64,000 bases of DNA from Macrostomum lignano (Eukaryota), in the NCBI GenBank assembly GCA_002269645.1, contig NIVC01003182.1:49595-113594 (forward strand). The letters run 5' to 3'. A program made the translations under genes and the position numbers. Shown here one piece after another: positions 60,601-64,000 of the stretch. The notes beneath the pieces are model-generated. The model searched no databases. It was not told the DNA's origin and saw nothing but the letters and a program-made list of their open reading frames with translations. Each line of letters starts with the position of its first letter. Positions within the stretch are counted from its first letter, which is position 1.

Positions 60601-62281
60601 GAACACCTGCAGTTGCAGCTTCGGTAAGGGCTTCTGAATTGTTTGGGTGCATTCCAACCACAGAATATACCGCGATGTACACCATGTTTTTTAGTGGATG
60701 TCTTGGATGTCAGCTGGTTATGGAGATGATGTCACCGAAGGGCCGATATAGCTTGAGATCACACTTAGGCTGAAGTCAATTTAGCAGCACAAATAAGCGC
60801 TTCGTTCTTTGATTAACTTCGCAATTCTGTAGATTTACGGAATGCCCTATGCATTTTAGCTTTTATGAAGCCATATGTTGGAGACGGACCAACGCGTTAA
60901 TCTGATGTGCCAGCGGCCCAGGCTCGATTCCAAGTGCAGTCACATTAATTTGTGGCTAAATTGGAATTTCGGCTTGGCTCCTGCAATTGACACCCTCGAG
61001 GGCCAACAGTGAGGTGTGCATGCCTAGCTATAGCGATAAATACAGTCAGGGCGCTGTAAACTCCTGTGTGAGTGTGTGCCTGTGCGTATGACTGCGTACG
61101 TATCCTTGCGCTTGGTGCCTGCTCAGGGGAGTCGGCGGAACGGGCAGCAATGCCTGTCGACAGTTGCGTGACAATGTCGTTTAAAGTGGAAAATTTTCAC
61201 CCTCGCTTTCAAAGCCATCGAGAAGAGTTTTCGTTTGCTGTGCGTCAGGAACTCCAGCTATCAACGCCCCGAGACGACTGCAGTCTCGCCACGGCCGTCT
61301 GGACTCTGCGACGATGGCCGCAGACGCTGGGCGAGTCGCGCGAACTCATGCAGCTGGTGACAGCCGTTGAAGCGAGACTTCCTGCGCCTCGAACCCGGCC
61401 GGTGGTAAAAATTCGCCAATTATTGTAGTTGACGGGTGAGTCTTATCGGTCAGCCTAGACTCAGTTTTTATATAAGCACCGTATTTGAGTACTGATATGC
61501 CAATAATTATTTCAGTTTTGGTGGCAGCTATGCCGGCATATTCTGCTGTCTTTGCACTCTTCATCACCAGCTGCTGCACGAGGACTGCGTCGATGCTTAC
61601 TCGTTGTTTAAAATCTACCACAGCTTGAGACCTGGAATCTTTTACTCACAGGTAGGCGTCTCGAAAACTCACATAATATTTGTTATTTGAGGTGCTACCA
61701 ACTGACAAGATGTAACATCCTCTCATAAGTAAAATCTAGTTAAGTAATATCAAAGTAACGTCTCAATAGCATCTTTCTAACAATTACGGCGCATCTCCAT
61801 TTCGGCTAGGTAACTTTTACGTAAGTACGTATTATACGTATTACATATTAACTACAAGCTTTAAAGAGCACCTAGAGGTCTTAGTATCTCTGAAGGATTG
61901 ATTTAACAACATACAGTACACGTATAAGTAAAAAAATCTAGCTAAATAACGTCACTTATCTCTCAAATTAAGGCCGATCTTCAGTTCATCTACGAGGTGA
62001 TTGAGTACCACGCCAGACTATTGACGGCGGCCAGAACTTTGGCGAGGTCAACGGCTTTGTCAGCATCGTTGGCTACGTCGGGCCATTCGCGGCGGCAGCA
62101 GCAGCAGAGAAGGCGGTCGCCGGGTCGGCAGTGGTCTCTGACAAGGCTGAGACAAGCGCTGGGCTCGACTGCGTCCTCGGCGACGCTATCGGCTCCTCCT
62201 GGAGAGTCCAGCGCCGCGACGCCTCTGGTTGGCCTGGCGAGCGGCTCGACTGGAGCCGGCGGCTGCGGGGTTCTGCCTTGA
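48603..62281 (+). CDS. Receptor-type protein tyrosine phosphatase (Ig, 3-4 FN3, TM, PTP D1 and D2), PTPRG/Ptp99A-like; apparent indels in the 3' part
   Basis: Exons 48603-48644 (tentative), 50139-50559 (Ig), 52364-53056, 53509-~54156 (end uncertain), ~55178-55691 (TM; start uncertain), 55878-56219, 57210-57289, 57374-57508, 57878-58194, 58986-59269, 60017-60205, 60439-60623, 61215-61435, 61516-61651, 61973-62281. D1 motifs KNRHPDVYPYD, DYINAS, FWLMVWE, RKCDQYWP, WPDCGVP, HCSAGTGRTG, QTVQQY. D2 lacks the catalytic Cys (IIVVDGFGG). Confidence 0.88.
48715..48865. repeat. Short degenerate ATGGGATATT-type tandem repeat
   Basis: Repeated gggatatt/gggataat units in RPTP intron 1. Confidence 0.6.
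49365..49858. repeat. 23-bp intronic minisatellite, about 21 copies
   Basis: Unit CAGGTGTCACTGGCACTGAATT(G/A). Confidence 0.92.
50565..50700. repeat. ~15-bp GGAAATAGGGTGTGG tandem repeat
   Basis: About eight imperfect copies right after the Ig-exon donor. Confidence 0.7.
51070..51434 (+). mobile_element. SINE family 1, most complete copy (tRNA-like head, A tail)
   Basis: A-box-like TAGTGGTCTGG, B-box-like GGCTCGATTCC, body shared with 19038-19266 and 60901-61189, ends CTCAAAAAAA. Confidence 0.78.
56370..56970. repeat. 21-bp intronic minisatellite, about 28 copies
   Basis: Unit GCGCTCCTGTCTCTTGGTAGG with recurring variant blocks. Confidence 0.93.
58250..58400 (+). mobile_element. Diverged relative of SINE family 1
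   Basis: Shares GAGGG.CAACCC, CATGCCT.ACGAT, GCTGTACAC.CCTGTGTGAG and GAATGGGCA blocks. Confidence 0.55.
60901..61189 (+). mobile_element. SINE family 1 copy
   Basis: Collinear with about 51098-51400, starting TCTGATGTGCCAGCGGCCCAGGCTCGATTCCAAG. Confidence 0.82.
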
Positions 62282-63419
62282 TTGAGTCTGTGCTCAATCA
62301 GCCTGAATGATTTTTTCGAATACATAAGTTTTGTGCCTTGTAAAACCGCCGCGCACCAAACACAATTACGAGAAAAGTACAAAAGTTTTACGCAAAACAA
62401 CAGAAAAATCTTCTCGCTACTGAGCATGATGAAATAAAATTAATTTAGTAACCATTAACTAAATTAACGATGGCTTGAGCAAAACCTGAGCAAGCTTGTA
62501 ACGTTCTACTGTATCCCCACGATTGACTCACAAATCATCGGATCAGCAAGATGTGATTTGTTAAAACTAATTGCACCGATCTTTGTTTCAATTGTTGCGA
62601 ACTTATAATTTATAGTTACCATCTACCAAATACCCACTGCTAAAAAATTCAACTAATGTAGCTCGTATTTTGCTCTTTTTGTTTTGCTTTTTTTCTTGTG
62701 AAATTGCTATACACACTGCGCTCTTGCTTAGCTGCTGTGCCATCTTGACTTGCTCTAGACAGAGTGGCATATTCCGGCCACTTCAATGCTATATTTAGAG
62801 TGCAAAGCTACCGAGATCTTCACTGATCACCTTTGTAAGCTCTGTGAGTTGAACTATTGTATATGACTTGTGGTATTCACTCCGCCATCGATAGACAGAT
62901 GGCCTTTGGATCAAGTTGACAAAAATGTACAGTTCTAGAATTTCAATGATGAATTTGTCGGTTTTAAGCTGCTAGATACTAATAGTAGCCAAGTGGAATT
63001 CGAATTCATATGTTTAATTATCCAAAAGTTTGGTCTGCTCGATCGTATGTAATTGATTGTTGAAGGTGGTGTTCGATAAGTTCTGAATGCCATTCATGGC
63101 TCATTCGATTTCCCCTTGGCTTAGCTTTCAGTCCAGGTGGGAAGTACAGTACGAGTCTGATCTTTGCCGCTTTTTGCTCAACCTCAAGTTGCAGGTTGTG
63201 TGGCCGGGGGTGAAATGTTGTGAGGGGTCGACTGACAACTTCGGCCGCTGAATGAGTCAAGCATGCATGCGAAAGGGGTTTATAAATCCATCGTTGACAA
63301 ACTTCTTTTGATAATAATCGAAATACGAGACGAATATAACTGTTCCGGATTGGAGAGGCGATGAGGTAAGCAAGACCACACCCATAAATTTTATTAGAAA
63401 CAGGTGCGCAACTTGAAAA

Positions 63420-63575
63420 CTTTGTAGCCTATAGAGGTTAGAGCGTCGGACTCACAACTGAAAGGTCGAGGGTTCGATTCTCGATCCACTCGGAACAATT
63501 TGTGTTCGGGAGCAAAACACAACTCTGCATTGCTTCAATTTACCCAGCTGTAAAATGGGTGCCAGCATTAGCAGC
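63420..63575 (+). mobile_element. SINE family 2: tRNA-derived head plus CORE/Deu-like central block
   Basis: GTAGCCTATAGAGGTTAGAGCG...GGGTTCGATTC (A/B boxes) followed by GCTTCAATTTACCCAGCTGTAAAATGGGT. Confidence 0.65.
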
Positions 63576-63640
63576 GGCAATTAACCACTTAAGCTCCGCC
63601 TGAAATCCAAAGCACGCTGAAAAAACCATGGATGAATGAA

Positions 63641-64000
63641 TAGAATGGATTGCTATTCTGGCTCTGGCTATTTTCGTTTTTGACTCTTTTGCATCCGGTT
63701 CCCCCCGTGCCTTTTCATTGGTTGATGATTGCCATAGACAATTTTCGGCCTTCGCCCCTTTCTTTCGATGCACAAGCGCTTTCGCTCGTGTTTTGAAATA
63801 AAGGGGGAAGACCTACGAGCGCTCGATATTCTCTGCAAGTAACTGACATTCTCAGTTCTTTGCGCCTGTGCATCGAAAGAAAGGGGCGAAGGCCGAAAAT
63901 TGTCTATGGCAATCATCAACCAATGAAAAGGCACGGGGGGGAACCGGATGCAAAGAGTCAAAAACGAAAATAGCCAGAGCCAGAATAGCAATCCATTCTA
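63641..64000. mobile_element. Fold-back MITE: 134-bp inverted arms around a 92-bp spacer
   Basis: 63641-63774 is the reverse complement of 63867-64000 apart from two homopolymer length differences; TA at both ends; may extend past the window. Confidence 0.8.

Noticed and set aside
63420-63495. Possible tRNA gene
   Set aside because: No convincing acceptor stem, and it continues into a SINE-like body; called a SINE head.

Overview
Eukaryotic (invertebrate-looking) genomic DNA with GT-AG spliced genes and many repeats; the organism cannot be established from sequence alone. Four host genes were reconstructed exon by exon: a NEK6/7 kinase (-, 10077-12888), a DAZAP1/Hrp48-type two-RRM protein (-, 16414-29109), a C-type-lectin/mucin-stalk membrane protein (-, 35991-40082) and a large Ig-FN3 receptor tyrosine phosphatase with PTPRG/Ptp99A-like tandem PTP domains (+, 48603-62281; four apparent 1-nt indels). 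Mobile DNA comprises a decayed Gypsy pol, two Mag-type LTR elements, a near full-length RTE-like LINE, at least seven TIR MITEs (some nested) and two tRNA-derived SINE families. There is also a 2-kb (GATA)n array and many minisatellites. Two signals stand out. First, both LTR elements have young LTR pairs and target duplications yet lack RT and RNase H, and one keeps protease-integrase fused in frame. Second, CpG-depleted domains cover the 5' gene bodies of the two housekeeping genes, and paired copies of one MITE show CpG->TpG/CpA decay only inside such a domain. All coordinates and counts were made by eye.
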